64,000 bases of DNA from Thermodesulfovibrionia bacterium (GCA_038918635.1 JBCKZY010000003.1:6073-70072); one strand, 5' to 3'. Numbered from the stretch's first letter, positions 36,498 to 47,206 are shown. Notes: generated by a model from the sequence alone, not told the origin. A program made the numbers and translations.

Positions 36498-36665
36498 GAT
36501 CCAAGGGGTCAAGGATTCAAGGGGTCAAGTGAAAATATAATAACTCCTAAAGACTTAAAGGTTTGCCTAAAGTGAATAAGTAAGGAAGAATGAATACTTG
36601 AGTCAATGATGAAATCATTGATAATAAACACTCGAACCCTAGAACCCTTGAATCCTCGAACCCTT
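36498..36665. repeat. long imperfect palindrome built from reiterated CAAGGGGT/CAAGGATT words
   Basis: The left arm is CCAAGGGGTCAAGGATTCAAGGGGTCAAGTG and the right arm is CACTCGAACCCTAGAACCCTTGAATCCTCGAACCCTT. The AT-rich centre contains a small inner palindrome, CAATGATGAAATCATTG. Confidence 0.7.
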
Positions 36666-36731
36666 ACACCAGTATAATAAATAATAAACTAAATATGTTT
36701 TATGTATATTAAAAGTGGTGTATATTACTAA

Positions 36732-37958
36732 ATGGCTCTAATTGTTCAAAAATACGGAGGCACCTCGGTTGCTGATATCGTCAGGATCAGGGAGGTTGCC
36801 AAAAGGGTTGTCAGGACCGTCAAAAAGGGTAACAGGGTTGTAGTCGTTGTTTCAGCCATGGCTGGGGAGACCGATGAGATGATCAGGTTGTCCTCTGAGG
36901 TGACTGATATGCCGGATGAAAGAGAGATGGATCTTCTGCTTTCGTCCGGAGAGCGGAAGACAAGCGCCCTTACCGCCATGGCTATTCAGAAGCTGGGGAT
37001 TGATTCCATGAGTCTTACAGGCAGGCAGGTAGGGATTATAACCGACAGTTCGCATACCAGGGCTATTATAGAACGAGTAGATGCCAGAAGGCTCAAGAGG
37101 GTTCTGAAAGATAATAAGGTGCCTGTTGTAGCGGGTTTTCAGGGAATCAATGAATTCTCTGATGTTACAACACTTGGAAGGGGAGGTTCGGATACAACGG
37201 CTGTTGCAATAGCAGCAGCGCTGAATGCCGACCTCTGTGAGATTTATACGGATGTCGATGGGGTTTACACCACTGACCCCAGGATCTGTAAAGAAGCCCG
37301 CATGATGCAAAGGATCTCTCATGATGAGATGCTGGAGATGGCTAGTCTTGGCGCAAAGGTGCTTCATAGCCGGGCTGTTGAATTTGCCAAGAAATATAAT
37401 GTAAATCTTGTTGTTCGATCCAGTTTCAATAATACTCCCGGGACGCTTGTTGCAAAGGAGGATGAAGATATGGAGAAATTTGTTGTATCGGGTGTTACAT
37501 CTGACAGGAATCAGACGAGGATTACAATTATGGGTGTGCCGGATAAACCGGGGATAGCGGCCAAGCTCTTTAATTCAATCGCTGATGCTAATATACTGGT
37601 TGATGTGATCGTGCAGAATATAAGCACCGAGACAAAGGCAACAGATATATCGTTTACCGTTCCAGTGTCTGACAATAAAAAGGCACTGAGGATTACAAGG
37701 AAGATATCCGATACACTGGGGGCAAAAGGTGTCAATATGAATACAGATGTTGCAAAGGTCTCAATTGTTGGTGTCGGTATGCGCTCTCATTTTGGTGTTG
37801 CCGCCAAAATGTTCGAGATACTGTCTGAAAAGAAAGTAAATATAATGATGATCAGCACATCTGAGATAAAGATATCATGTATCGTGGATGAAAAGTATAT
37901 GGTAAGGGCGGTAAAGGCGCTTCATAATGCCTTTATACCACTAAAAAAGGTAAAATAA
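36732..37958 (+). CDS. lysC: aspartate kinase (monofunctional, two ACT domains)
   Basis: N-terminal VQKYGGTSV and the kinase core [11 protein letters not shown], with tandem ACT domains in a 408-aa protein. Confidence 0.9.
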   Translation: MALIVQKYGGTSVADIVRIREVAKRVVRTVKKGNRVVVVVSAMAGETDEMIRLSSEVTDMPDEREMDLLLSSGERKTSALTAMAIQKLGIDSMSLTGRQVGIITDSSHTRAIIERVDARRLKRVLKDNKVPVVAGFQGINEFSDVTTLGRGGSDTTAVAIAAALNADLCEIYTDVDGVYTTDPRICKEARMMQRISHDEMLEMASLGAKVLHSRAVEFAKKYNVNLVVRSSFNNTPGTLVAKEDEDMEKFVVSGVTSDRNQTRITIMGVPDKPGIAAKLFNSIADANILVDVIVQNISTETKATDISFTVPVSDNKKALRITRKISDTLGAKGVNMNTDVAKVSIVGVGMRSHFGVAAKMFEILSEKKVNIMMISTSEIKISCIVDEKYMVRAVKALHNAFIPLKKVK

Positions 37959-37961
37959 CCG

Positions 37962-39524
37962 ATGCGAAAGATTGAGATTTATGATACGACCTTAAGGGAC
38001 GGCGCTCAATCAGAGGAGATCTCGTTCTCTATTGAAGATAAGCTCAGGATTGTTGAGAAACTCGATGAACTTGGAATCCACTATATAGAGGGAGGCTGGC
38101 CGGGATCAAGTCCAAGAGATGTTGAGTTCTTCAACAGGGCACGCAAACTAAGGCTGAAGAAATCAACTCTTGTTGCATTCGGGTCAACCAGAAAGGCTGC
38201 AAACAAGGCTCACAGGGACCCAAACCTGCTGGCTTTACTCAAGGCTGACACCCCGGTTATCACTATCTTCGGTAAGACATGGGACTTCCATGTCAGGACA
38301 GCTTTAAGAATTTCACTGTCAGGGAATCTTGATGTTATCCAAAGTTCCGTGGCTTATCTGAAGAAGAGGGTCTCCAGAGTATTTTTTGATGCTGAGCACT
38401 TCTTTGACGGATACAGGGCTAACCCGGACTATGCTATTCAATCACTCCAGGCAGCTGTATCTGGCGGTGCCGACTTTATTGTTCTCTGCGATACAAACGG
38501 AGGGACTCTTCCATATGAGCTTGAGAAGATTGTTAAGGATGTTATTTCAAGGTTCGATGTCCCTGTCAGTATACATGCTCATAATGATTCTGAGTGTGCT
38601 GTCGCCAATTCATTAATTGCAGTCAGGGCAGGCGCCTCGCAGGTGCAGGGGACAATAAACGGTTTAGGTGAAAGATGCGGTAATACCAACCTTGTATCTA
38701 TCATCCCTAATTTAAAGCTAAAACTTAAGTATAATGTTATAACTAACCGTAATTTAAAGAAATTGAAGGATGTGTCAAGATTTGTTACCGAGATCGCGAA
38801 TATAAGACATTCAAAGAATCAACCTTTTGTGGGAGACAGCGCATTCGCTCATAAAGGCGGGATACATGTCAGTGCTGTTATGAGACATTCGAAAACATAT
38901 GAGCATATCAGCCCTGAGCTTGTAGGCAATTATCAGAGGATTCTGGTATCAGATCTCAGCGGAAGAAGTAATATTATGAGCAAGGCCAGGGAGTTTAACC
39001 TTAAAATTGATCCTGCCTCTCCAGAGGTGTCGAATATTATTCATGAGTTGAAAGAGCTTGAGAACCAGGGCTTTCAGTTTGAAGGAGCTGAAGCTTCTTT
39101 TGAGCTTCTAATGAAAAAGACCTTTCAGCTTCACAGGAAGTTTTTCGAGCTTATCGGCTTCAGGGTCATAGTGGAGAAGAGAAAAGAGGGGGAACTCCCT
39201 ATAAGTGAGGCCACAATAATGTTGAGGGTAAAAGGAAAACTTGAGCACACAGCGGCCACTGGTGAGGGGCCTGTTAATGCTATTGATAATGCCCTGAGAA
39301 AGGCGCTTGAGAAGTTTTATCCCCAGTTACGTGATGTCAGGCTCATTGACTATAAGGTCAGGGTTCTTGCAGCTGGCAAAGGGACTGCCGCAAAGGTCAG
39401 GGTACTTGTTGAATCGGGTGATGGTATACATAAATGGGGCACCGTTGGGGTTTCGGAAAATATAATAGAGGCCTCCTGGCAGGCCATTGTTGACAGCATT
39501 GAATACAAACTCCTGCGGGGGTAA
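37962..39524 (+). CDS. cimA: (R)-citramalate synthase (LeuA-related, CimA type)
   Basis: [48 protein letters not shown] is the citramalate-synthase-type N-terminus. The protein is 520 aa with a LeuA dimerisation/regulatory domain. Confidence 0.8.
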   Translation: MRKIEIYDTTLRDGAQSEEISFSIEDKLRIVEKLDELGIHYIEGGWPGSSPRDVEFFNRARKLRLKKSTLVAFGSTRKAANKAHRDPNLLALLKADTPVITIFGKTWDFHVRTALRISLSGNLDVIQSSVAYLKKRVSRVFFDAEHFFDGYRANPDYAIQSLQAAVSGGADFIVLCDTNGGTLPYELEKIVKDVISRFDVPVSIHAHNDSECAVANSLIAVRAGASQVQGTINGLGERCGNTNLVSIIPNLKLKLKYNVITNRNLKKLKDVSRFVTEIANIRHSKNQPFVGDSAFAHKGGIHVSAVMRHSKTYEHISPELVGNYQRILVSDLSGRSNIMSKAREFNLKIDPASPEVSNIIHELKELENQGFQFEGAEASFELLMKKTFQLHRKFFELIGFRVIVEKRKEGELPISEATIMLRVKGKLEHTAATGEGPVNAIDNALRKALEKFYPQLRDVRLIDYKVRVLAAGKGTAAKVRVLVESGDGIHKWGTVGVSENIIEASWQAIVDSIEYKLLRG

Positions 39525-39547
39525 TATATGCGCGGAGATATGCATAG

Positions 39548-39997
39548 ATGATTGAAGAGACAGGTGTTGTCACCGTGACCGAAGGGATTACCGCAAGGGT
39601 AAAGGTCCAGAAGAGGGGAGCCTGTGATGGCTGTGCTGCCACCGGGACCTGTGAGACTTCTGATGACGGAATGGAGATAAAGGCCTTAAACCCTATCCAG
39701 GCCAGGGCAGGTCAGACCGTTAGGGTATATATTAAACCACAGTCGTATCTGAAGGGTACTATGATGATATATGGTCTTCCCATGACCGCCCTGATAGCAG
39801 GCGCCATAATTGGCAAGAACTTAGGTGAGAAATATTTCAGCGGTCTTGATTCCGATATGATAGCAGCTATGGTTGGTTTTGCAATGCTGGTTATAACTTT
39901 TCTTTTTGCTAAAAACTGGAGCAGGAAAACCGAGACGATGACAGAGTATCAACCGGTCATAGCGGAGATACTTGATAGCGAAACTAATTCAGAATAA
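39548..39997 (+). CDS. rseC: RseC/MucC-family (SoxR-reducing system) membrane protein
   Basis: N-terminal Cys cluster GACDGCAATGTCE followed by two TM helices. Confidence 0.75.
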   Translation: MIEETGVVTVTEGITARVKVQKRGACDGCAATGTCETSDDGMEIKALNPIQARAGQTVRVYIKPQSYLKGTMMIYGLPMTALIAGAIIGKNLGEKYFSGLDSDMIAAMVGFAMLVITFLFAKNWSRKTETMTEYQPVIAEILDSETNSE

Positions 39998-40011
39998 TTG
40001 CTAATTAAATG

Positions 40012-40188
40012 AAAGGGTTCAAGGGGCCGAGGAGTTAAGCCTGCCTCCCGCAGGCAGGGGTTCATGTGTTATGAAATGAAAAATCAAAGATAAAAGATCA
40101 AAATTATGGAAATATTATCTAATATAACCTTCAGCAATTTTGATTTTTGATATTTAATCTTTAATTTAATATCAGGCCACTCGAATCC
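40012..40188. repeat. composite word-palindrome element
   Basis: GGTTCAAGGGGCC, a GCCTGCCTCCCGCAGGCAGG hairpin, and inverted AT-rich arms AAAATCAAAGATAAAAGATCAAAATT / AATTTTGATTTTTGATATTTAATCTTT. Confidence 0.6.
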
Positions 40189-40242
40189 TACTTTTCATGT
40201 GAAACATAAAAGATAAAATAATATAAATACCGGGAGGGATAA

Positions 40243-42333
40243 ATGAGCAATTTTGATATTGAAAAAATCAGGAATATTGCAGTTATCGCGCACGGAGGAG
40301 CCGGCAAGACATCACTTGTTGAAGCGATGCTTGTAGACGCAAAGGCGATCAACAGGGCAGGAACAATAGAGGATGGCAACACTGTAACGGATTTTGAGGA
40401 TGAAGAGATAAACCGGAAGATAACATTATCTTCCGCACTCGCTTTCTGCGAATATAACGGTTACAGATTTAATATTATTGATACTCCAGGGTACATTAAT
40501 TTCATTGAAGACACAAAAGGATGTCTCAGCGTATCAGACGGCGCGATCGTTATAGTAAGCGCCCTTTCCGGTGTCAAGGCCGAAACTGAGAAGATATGGA
40601 AATTTGCCTGCGAATATGAGATACCCCGGATAGTTTTTGTAAATAAAATGGACAGAGAAAATGCCAACTTTGACAGGGCAATTAGTGATATTGAAGAATC
40701 CTATAACTCCACCGCGATTCCGCTTAATATCCCTATGGGGTCAGGTGACGATTTTGTAGGCATTATAGATATTATCAGGATGAAGGCCATTAGATATAAT
40801 AATGGAAGTTCCTCTGAAGAGGAGATACCTGATGATTATAAATCATCTGCTGAAGAGTACCACAAGAAACTTGTGGAAAAGATCGCTGAATCTGACGATG
40901 CCCTGCTTGAACGTTATCTTGAGGGTGGAGAACTCACTAAAGAAGAGATAATAGAAGGAATAGTGGAGAGTTCACTGACAAGGAGGTTTATTCCTGTTGT
41001 GTGCGGTTCCGCGATTCAGGGTATCGGCATTCAACAATTATTTGACGCTGTACAACAGTGTCTGCCGTCACCGGTTAAAAAGGCAGGTATTACCCCTATC
41101 AAAGGCATAAATCCTAAAAATGATGAGGAGGTCAGCAGGGAACCTGTTGATAGTTCCCCTCTCTCCGCAAAGGTCTTCAAGACCATAGCCGACCCCTTTA
41201 CTGGCAAACTTACTTACTTCAGGGTATTTTCAGGTGTTATGAAGGCGGACTCAAACGTCTATAACCCTGCATCAGACACAAAGGAGAAGATTGGAAACAT
41301 GTTTTATCTTCTTGGCAATAAACAGTTTCCGACACAAAGTGCCGGTGCCGGGGAGATCGCGGTTGTTGCCAAGCTGAAGAATACGGTTACCGGGAATACA
41401 TTATGTGACGCCGGAAACCAGATACTATTTGATCCGATTAAATTTTCCGATCCGATGATATCATACGCAATTGAACCAAAAAACAGGGGAGACGAAGAGA
41501 AGGTCAGCACCGGTCTTCATAAGATGCTTGAGGAAGATCCTACTTTGAAGTTTTCAAGAGACAGCGAAACAAAGGAGATGCTGCTTTCCGGTATGGGACA
41601 GGTGCACCTTGAGGTTGTACTTGAGAAACTGAAGAGGAAGTTCGGGGCGGAAGTTATTATGAAGACCCCAAAGATCGCCTACAAAGAGACGATAAAGAAA
41701 TCCGCAGATGCCAGGGGTAAGTACAAAAAACAGTCAGGGGGCAGGGGACAATTCGGTGATTGCACAGTCAAGTTTGAACCACTGCCGAAAGGAAGCGGCT
41801 TTGAATTTGTTAATAATATAGTAGGCGGGGTTATCCCCAGGCAATATATTCCCGCGATTGAAAAGGGCATTGTTGAAGCAATGCGGGAAGGCGTGCTTGC
41901 CGGCTACCCGACAGTTGACATCAAGGCAACAGTGCATGATGGTTCTTACCATTCTGTTGATTCATCAGAAATGGCATTCAAGATTGCGGGCTCCTTTGCG
42001 TTTAAACAGGCTGTTAAGGAAGCCAAACCGGTGCTTCTTGAGCCTATCATTAAAGTTGAAGTTATTATACCCGAGGAGTTCCTTGGTAATGTTTTAGGAG
42101 ATATGAACTCGAGGCGCGGCAGGGTACAGGGGGTAGAGCCCCAGGCCGGTGGGAACCAGAAGATAGACGCTCTTGTGCCGATGGCCGAGATGCTTATTTA
42201 CGCAAACCAGCTGAATGCAATTACAAGCGGCAGGGGCATCTATACAATTGAATTTTCACACCATGAAGAGGTGCCGGCGCATATTACACAGAAGATTATT
42301 GATGAGAAAGAGAAATCAAAGAAGACCGAATAG
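40243..42333 (+). CDS. elongation factor G paralog (EF-G2 type)
   Basis: Five-domain EF-G colinearity (GKYKKQSGGRGQFGD, EFSHHEEVP) but a divergent G1 motif, AHGGAGKTS. It is not in a str-operon context. Confidence 0.85.
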   Translation: MSNFDIEKIRNIAVIAHGGAGKTSLVEAMLVDAKAINRAGTIEDGNTVTDFEDEEINRKITLSSALAFCEYNGYRFNIIDTPGYINFIEDTKGCLSVSDGAIVIVSALSGVKAETEKIWKFACEYEIPRIVFVNKMDRENANFDRAISDIEESYNSTAIPLNIPMGSGDDFVGIIDIIRMKAIRYNNGSSSEEEIPDDYKSSAEEYHKKLVEKIAESDDALLERYLEGGELTKEEIIEGIVESSLTRRFIPVVCGSAIQGIGIQQLFDAVQQCLPSPVKKAGITPIKGINPKNDEEVSREPVDSSPLSAKVFKTIADPFTGKLTYFRVFSGVMKADSNVYNPASDTKEKIGNMFYLLGNKQFPTQSAGAGEIAVVAKLKNTVTGNTLCDAGNQILFDPIKFSDPMISYAIEPKNRGDEEKVSTGLHKMLEEDPTLKFSRDSETKEMLLSGMGQVHLEVVLEKLKRKFGAEVIMKTPKIAYKETIKKSADARGKYKKQSGGRGQFGDCTVKFEPLPKGSGFEFVNNIVGGVIPRQYIPAIEKGIVEAMREGVLAGYPTVDIKATVHDGSYHSVDSSEMAFKIAGSFAFKQAVKEAKPVLLEPIIKVEVIIPEEFLGNVLGDMNSRRGRVQGVEPQAGGNQKIDALVPMAEMLIYANQLNAITSGRGIYTIEFSHHEEVPAHITQKIIDEKEKSKKTE

Positions 42334-42354
42334 CTTTAAGATATGAGGTTATGA

Positions 42355-42810
42355 ATGAAGCGGCCCTGGTTTTCTGTTCTGGTGTTTCTCATAATAATTA
42401 TTATATGTATAGTAATATTTTCCCCGACTGATAAAAAGAGGATATGGAAAGTGATTGTTGCTTCTGAAAAGGCGATAATTGATGAAGATATTGACGGGCT
42501 TATGGAGGGCATCTCATTCAATTACAGAGATGAGTATGGAGGAACCTACCTGCTTATCAAAAGACGCATGGAGACTGTTTTTAAAAGACTCGATAATATA
42601 GATACTGAGATTCAGCTTGTTAAGATATCTGTCGATAAAAAACAGGCCGAAGCAGATATTAATGTCAGGGTGACTGCTTCACACGGTGAAGGCAGGTCTT
42701 ATATAGCTGGAGACCCGGCCAACTGGCAGAACATGAAAATATATCTTGAGAAATTAAGGTATAAATGGGAAGTTATCAGCGTTAAAGGCCTGTTTGATTA
42801 TGATCTGTAA
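42355..42810 (+). CDS. membrane-anchored small protein, function unknown (possibly NTF2-like fold)
   Basis: One N-terminal TM segment followed by a soluble domain of about 120 aa. It ends 11 nt before the giant activase gene. Confidence 0.5.
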   Translation: MKRPWFSVLVFLIIIIICIVIFSPTDKKRIWKVIVASEKAIIDEDIDGLMEGISFNYRDEYGGTYLLIKRRMETVFKRLDNIDTEIQLVKISVDKKQAEADINVRVTASHGEGRSYIAGDPANWQNMKIYLEKLRYKWEVISVKGLFDYDL

Positions 42811-42821
42811 CACATAATATT

Positions 42822-45800
42822 ATGTCATCAAATATGAAGAAACATATCGGTCTTGACGCCGGCTCGGTAAGTGTTAAGTTGGCTGTTCTGGATTCTTCCG
42901 GAAATATTCTAAAGACTGAGTATAAACGTCACAAGGGGAATCCACTAAAGGTCTCTTATGAGTTTCTCAGTGATAACATCGATGCGTCTTCTCTTAGCAT
43001 TACCGGCTCCGCCGGCAAGATTATTTCACAGGCTATGGGTGTCAGGCATATTAACGAGGTGGTTGCTCTCAGCTATTCAACTAACAGGCTCTATCCGGAG
43101 ATCCGGACTGTAATAGAGATTGGAGGGGAGGACTCGAAACTTATCCTTCTTGAAAACGGAATTATTAAAGAGTTCTCCATGAACTCAGTCTGTGCCGCGG
43201 GGACAGGATCATTCCTCGACCAGCAGGCTGAGAGGCTCAATCTCAGCATTGAAGACGCGGGTGAGCTGGCACTTAAATCAAAGACCCCCCCTCGTATAGC
43301 CGGAAGATGCAGTGTATTTGCCAAGTCGGACATGATCCATCTTCAACAGATAGCCACTCCTGTTGAGGATATTATCGCGGGCCTCTGCTTTGCTGTGGCG
43401 AGAAACTTTAAGGGGAGTATCTGCAGGAACATGGAATTGCCTGAACCTGTAAGCCTTCAGGGCGGCGTTGCCGCAAACAACGGTGTCAGGAGAGCTTTTA
43501 AGGAGATCCTCGGGATAGAAGAGATAATCATACCTGAGCATTTTGCCATTATGCCCGCTATAGGCGCTGCCCTCAGGGATATTGATGACGGGATTGAGTC
43601 TTCTTATGATATTGGAAAACTTGAAGCTTTTATGAACACCCGTGAAGAAGAAGAGAGTGGCTGTAAGCCGTTATGTGAAGACAGGGAAATATTCGAAAGC
43701 AGACACAGTGTTTCATACTATATACACAGACCTGAAGCAGACGGTAAGGTAGACGCTTATCTGGGAATTGATATTGGTTCTATAAGTACAAACCTGGCTG
43801 TTATTGATGATAAAGGCAGGCTTCTTGCGAAGAGGTACCTGATGACCGCCGGAAGACCTATAGAGGCTGTGAGACACGGTCTTGACGAGATAGGACGTGA
43901 AGTCGGCGATTCGGTTAATATCCGTGGGGTAGGAACGACCGGGTCAGGCAGATATATGATAGCCGATTTTGTAGGGGCGGATATAGTCAAGAACGAGATT
44001 ACCGCTCAGGCAAGGGCAGCGATAGAGATAGATCATGAGGTAGATACGATATTTGAGATCGGCGGGCAGGACTCAAAGTATATATCCATAAGGGATGGTG
44101 TTATAGTTGATTTTGAGATGAACAAGGCCTGTGCCGCCGGTACAGGCTCGTTTCTTGAAGAGCAGGCAGAGAAGCTTGACATATCCATTAAGAAGGAGTT
44201 TGCAGAGCTTGCTTTTGATTCAACAATGCCCTGTTCTCTGGGTGAGAGATGTACCGTATTTATGGATAGTTCGCTCCTGTCAAAACAGCAGCAGGGTAAT
44301 CAGAAGAAAGACCTTGTTGCAGGACTGGCCTATTCCATCGTACGGAACTATTTAAACAGGGTTGTGGGAAGAAGAGCTATAGGAAAGAAGGTGTTTTTTC
44401 AGGGAGGGGTTGCCTTTAATAAATCTGTTGTAGCCGCCTTCGAAAAACATATGGACAGAGAGGTTGTCATACCTCCGCATCATGACGTAACCGGGGCTAT
44501 CGGTATGGCTATTATTGTAAAGGAGCATATGAAAGACAGTAACGCGTTAAGCGTTATGAGTAATCAGTTAAAAGAAGAAACGCCATCACCCTGTACCGGA
44601 CGGTACAGGGCATCACCCATCACTACTTTCAAGGGTTTTGATCTCTCAAAAAGAGGGTATAAGATAAAGTCTTTTGAGTGCAGCAGCTGCGACAATATGT
44701 GCGAGATCAACAGGGTCCAGATTGAAGGGGAAAAGGAACCTCTATTTTACGGGAGCAGGTGCGAGAAGTACGATGTCGGGAAAAAGAAGAGTAAATCATC
44801 AGTTGCCGACATGCCTGACCTGTTTGCTGAAAGAGAGCTTCTCATCAAAAAGTCTCATATGGAATACGTAGACAGATTTGGCGGAAACGGTGTTAATAAC
44901 GCGTATCGACTGAATAAGCGAATCGGGATTCCCTGGACATTCTTTTTCCATGATTATCTTCCTTTCTGGAGCACGCTCATGTGGGAGATTGGTTTTGATG
45001 TTGAACTCTCCGGCAGCACAAGCAGGCAGGTTATAAATAAGGGGGTTGAGAGCATACTTTCCGAGAGCTGTTTTCCTGTTAAGGTCGCGCATGGACACAT
45101 AAAAAGCCTGATTGAGCAGGAGGTCGACGCTATCCTCCTGCCGAGTTTTATAAATTATAATGAACTTGAGAACTCGACCCGCGGGTTTGCCTGCCCTTAT
45201 GTACAGAGTTTGCCATATGTTGCTGAAGTTGCTTTCGGGAAGAATGGCTTCATTGTTCCTCTTGTTGACATGCAGCGGGGAAGGGACTTTCTCCTTAAAG
45301 AGATATACAGGACGCTGAGACCATTCAATATACCTATGGCTGTAATTAAAAAGGCTTATATTAAAGCAAATGAGGCGCAGGCTCAATTTAAGACTGCCAT
45401 CAGAAAAAGGGGAGATGAGATATTAAGAGATCTGCCGGAGCGTACTATTGTGATAATTGGACGTTCCTATAACGCGTATGATCCGGGAATAAACATCGAG
45501 ATACCGAAGAAACTTCATAACCTCGGCGTATTTTCAATCCCAATGGATTATATGCCACTTGAAGAAGTAAATATTAACAGCATATGGTCAAACATGTACT
45601 GGAGATCGGGACAGAGGATTCTTCAGGCCGCGGAGTTTGTAAGGAACAATACAAAGCTCTTCCCCTTGTATATAGGGAATTTTTCCTGCGGACCTGATTC
45701 GTTCATACTCAGGTTTTTCCAAGAAGCCATGTCTGAGAAGCCCTTTCTTCATATCGAGATAGATGAGCACAGCGCTGATGCTGGTGTTATCACAAGATGC

Positions 45801-47105
45801 GAGGCGTTTCTGGACAGCATCAGCGGCAGAAAAGAGATTCACGCCGGGGAACCAAGACGGGTCAGGCCGTTCTCTATTAATAAGGGAGGAAACAAAAGGA
45901 CCGTTTATATTCCAAGAATGTCCGATCATACTTTGGCCCTTGCAGCGGCATTTGAGACCTGCGGCCTTGATGCCGAGGTTATGGAAAGGACAGATATGGA
46001 GGCTGTAAAACTTGGAAGACAGTATGTCTCCGGTAAAGAATGTTATCCATGCGCTGTAACAACCGGTGACATGGTAAAGAAGACACTCCAGAGTGATTTT
46101 GACCCGGAAAGGGCAGCGTTCTTTATGCCTTCCGGTGCGGGTCCATGCAGGTTTGGACAGTACAATATAATGCACAGACTAATCCTTGATGAGATAGGTT
46201 TCCCACAGGTGCCTATCTTCGCTCCGAACCAGGACGAATCCTTCTACAGGGAACTCGGTATTGTTGGAAAGGACTTCTCCAGAAATTCATGGAAAGGCAT
46301 TATATCAACAGACCTTCTGATAAAGGCCCTTCACGAAACCAGGCCTTATGAGGTCAACTCAGGAGAGTCAGACGAAGTTTATAATGAATACCTTACAAGG
46401 ATCAGCCGTACGATCAGCAGCCGTAACGGCGGAATGCCAAGCCTTCTGGACAGTATGCGAAGCGATTTTCAGGCAATAAAAAAGGAAGGCCCGTTAAAAC
46501 CATTAATAGGTATCATAGGTGAAATATTTGTAAGGCATAACTCTTTTTCCAATGAAGACTTAATCAGGAAGATCGAAGCTCTGGGAGGCGAAGTATGGCT
46601 TGCGCCTATCGATGAGTGGATATATTATGTCAATCTTATGGCGCTTCGCAAATCAATAGTAAAACTTCGCGGGAACCCCTTCTCAAGAGATAACATAAGT
46701 GAAATGCTGACTATTATTATAACGAGGTTTCTACAGAGCAGGACAGAGCGGGCTTATTCTGACCGCTTTAAGGGTTTCCTGAGGACTCTGCACGAGCCTT
46801 CGACAGCAGAACTGCTAAGTAACGCAAGACCATACCTTGATGATTCATTTGAAGGAGAGACCGTTTTAAGTATGGGTAAGTCGGTAGACTTTGTAAAAAA
46901 CGGCGCTTCAGGTATAATAAGCGCTATGCCTTTCGGCTGTATGCCGGGTACGGTTGTAAGCGCGCTACTGAAGGGGCTTAAACAGGATGCAGGAATTCCA
47001 TGCCTCAGTATAGCCTATGACGGTTCGGAGATAACCTGTTCAGGGATACAGCTTGAGGCCTTTATGTATCAGGCTTTTGAATATAAAACGAACAAAAGAT
47101 TGTAA
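42822..47105 (+). CDS. fused tandem BcrAD/BadFG-type activase ATPases plus 2-hydroxyacyl-CoA-dehydratase-like (DUF2229-type) region
   Basis: Two ASKHA ATPase modules (GLDAGSVSVKLAV...IGGEDSK...CAAGTGSFLDQQAE and GIDIGSISTNLAV...IGGQDSK...CAAGTGSFLEEQAE), each with the cluster-ligand Cys context. A Cys-rich linker follows (CSSCDNMCE...CEKYD), then about 750 aa of dehydratase-like sequence. Confidence 0.8.
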   Translation: MSSNMKKHIGLDAGSVSVKLAVLDSSGNILKTEYKRHKGNPLKVSYEFLSDNIDASSLSITGSAGKIISQAMGVRHINEVVALSYSTNRLYPEIRTVIEIGGEDSKLILLENGIIKEFSMNSVCAAGTGSFLDQQAERLNLSIEDAGELALKSKTPPRIAGRCSVFAKSDMIHLQQIATPVEDIIAGLCFAVARNFKGSICRNMELPEPVSLQGGVAANNGVRRAFKEILGIEEIIIPEHFAIMPAIGAALRDIDDGIESSYDIGKLEAFMNTREEEESGCKPLCEDREIFESRHSVSYYIHRPEADGKVDAYLGIDIGSISTNLAVIDDKGRLLAKRYLMTAGRPIEAVRHGLDEIGREVGDSVNIRGVGTTGSGRYMIADFVGADIVKNEITAQARAAIEIDHEVDTIFEIGGQDSKYISIRDGVIVDFEMNKACAAGTGSFLEEQAEKLDISIKKEFAELAFDSTMPCSLGERCTVFMDSSLLSKQQQGNQKKDLVAGLAYSIVRNYLNRVVGRRAIGKKVFFQGGVAFNKSVVAAFEKHMDREVVIPPHHDVTGAIGMAIIVKEHMKDSNALSVMSNQLKEETPSPCTGRYRASPITTFKGFDLSKRGYKIKSFECSSCDNMCEINRVQIEGEKEPLFYGSRCEKYDVGKKKSKSSVADMPDLFAERELLIKKSHMEYVDRFGGNGVNNAYRLNKRIGIPWTFFFHDYLPFWSTLMWEIGFDVELSGSTSRQVINKGVESILSESCFPVKVAHGHIKSLIEQEVDAILLPSFINYNELENSTRGFACPYVQSLPYVAEVAFGKNGFIVPLVDMQRGRDFLLKEIYRTLRPFNIPMAVIKKAYIKANEAQAQFKTAIRKRGDEILRDLPERTIVIIGRSYNAYDPGINIEIPKKLHNLGVFSIPMDYMPLEEVNINSIWSNMYWRSGQRILQAAEFVRNNTKLFPLYIGNFSCGPDSFILRFFQEAMSEKPFLHIEIDEHSADAGVITRCEAFLDSISGRKEIHAGEPRRVRPFSINKGGNKRTVYIPRMSDHTLALAAAFETCGLDAEVMERTDMEAVKLGRQYVSGKECYPCAVTTGDMVKKTLQSDFDPERAAFFMPSGAGPCRFGQYNIMHRLILDEIGFPQVPIFAPNQDESFYRELGIVGKDFSRNSWKGIISTDLLIKALHETRPYEVNSGESDEVYNEYLTRISRTISSRNGGMPSLLDSMRSDFQAIKKEGPLKPLIGIIGEIFVRHNSFSNEDLIRKIEALGGEVWLAPIDEWIYYVNLMALRKSIVKLRGNPFSRDNISEMLTIIITRFLQSRTERAYSDRFKGFLRTLHEPSTAELLSNARPYLDDSFEGETVLSMGKSVDFVKNGASGIISAMPFGCMPGTVVSALLKGLKQDAGIPCLSIAYDGSEITCSGIQLEAFMYQAFEYKTNKRL

Positions 47106-47206
47106 ATATTGGATTATCGGCAGTTAAATGGAAAGTGAGTGTATACCCCGAGGTATAACGAGCGAATGTAATAATAAAAAGTCATTGCATTAGATTCTCT
47201 GTGGTC

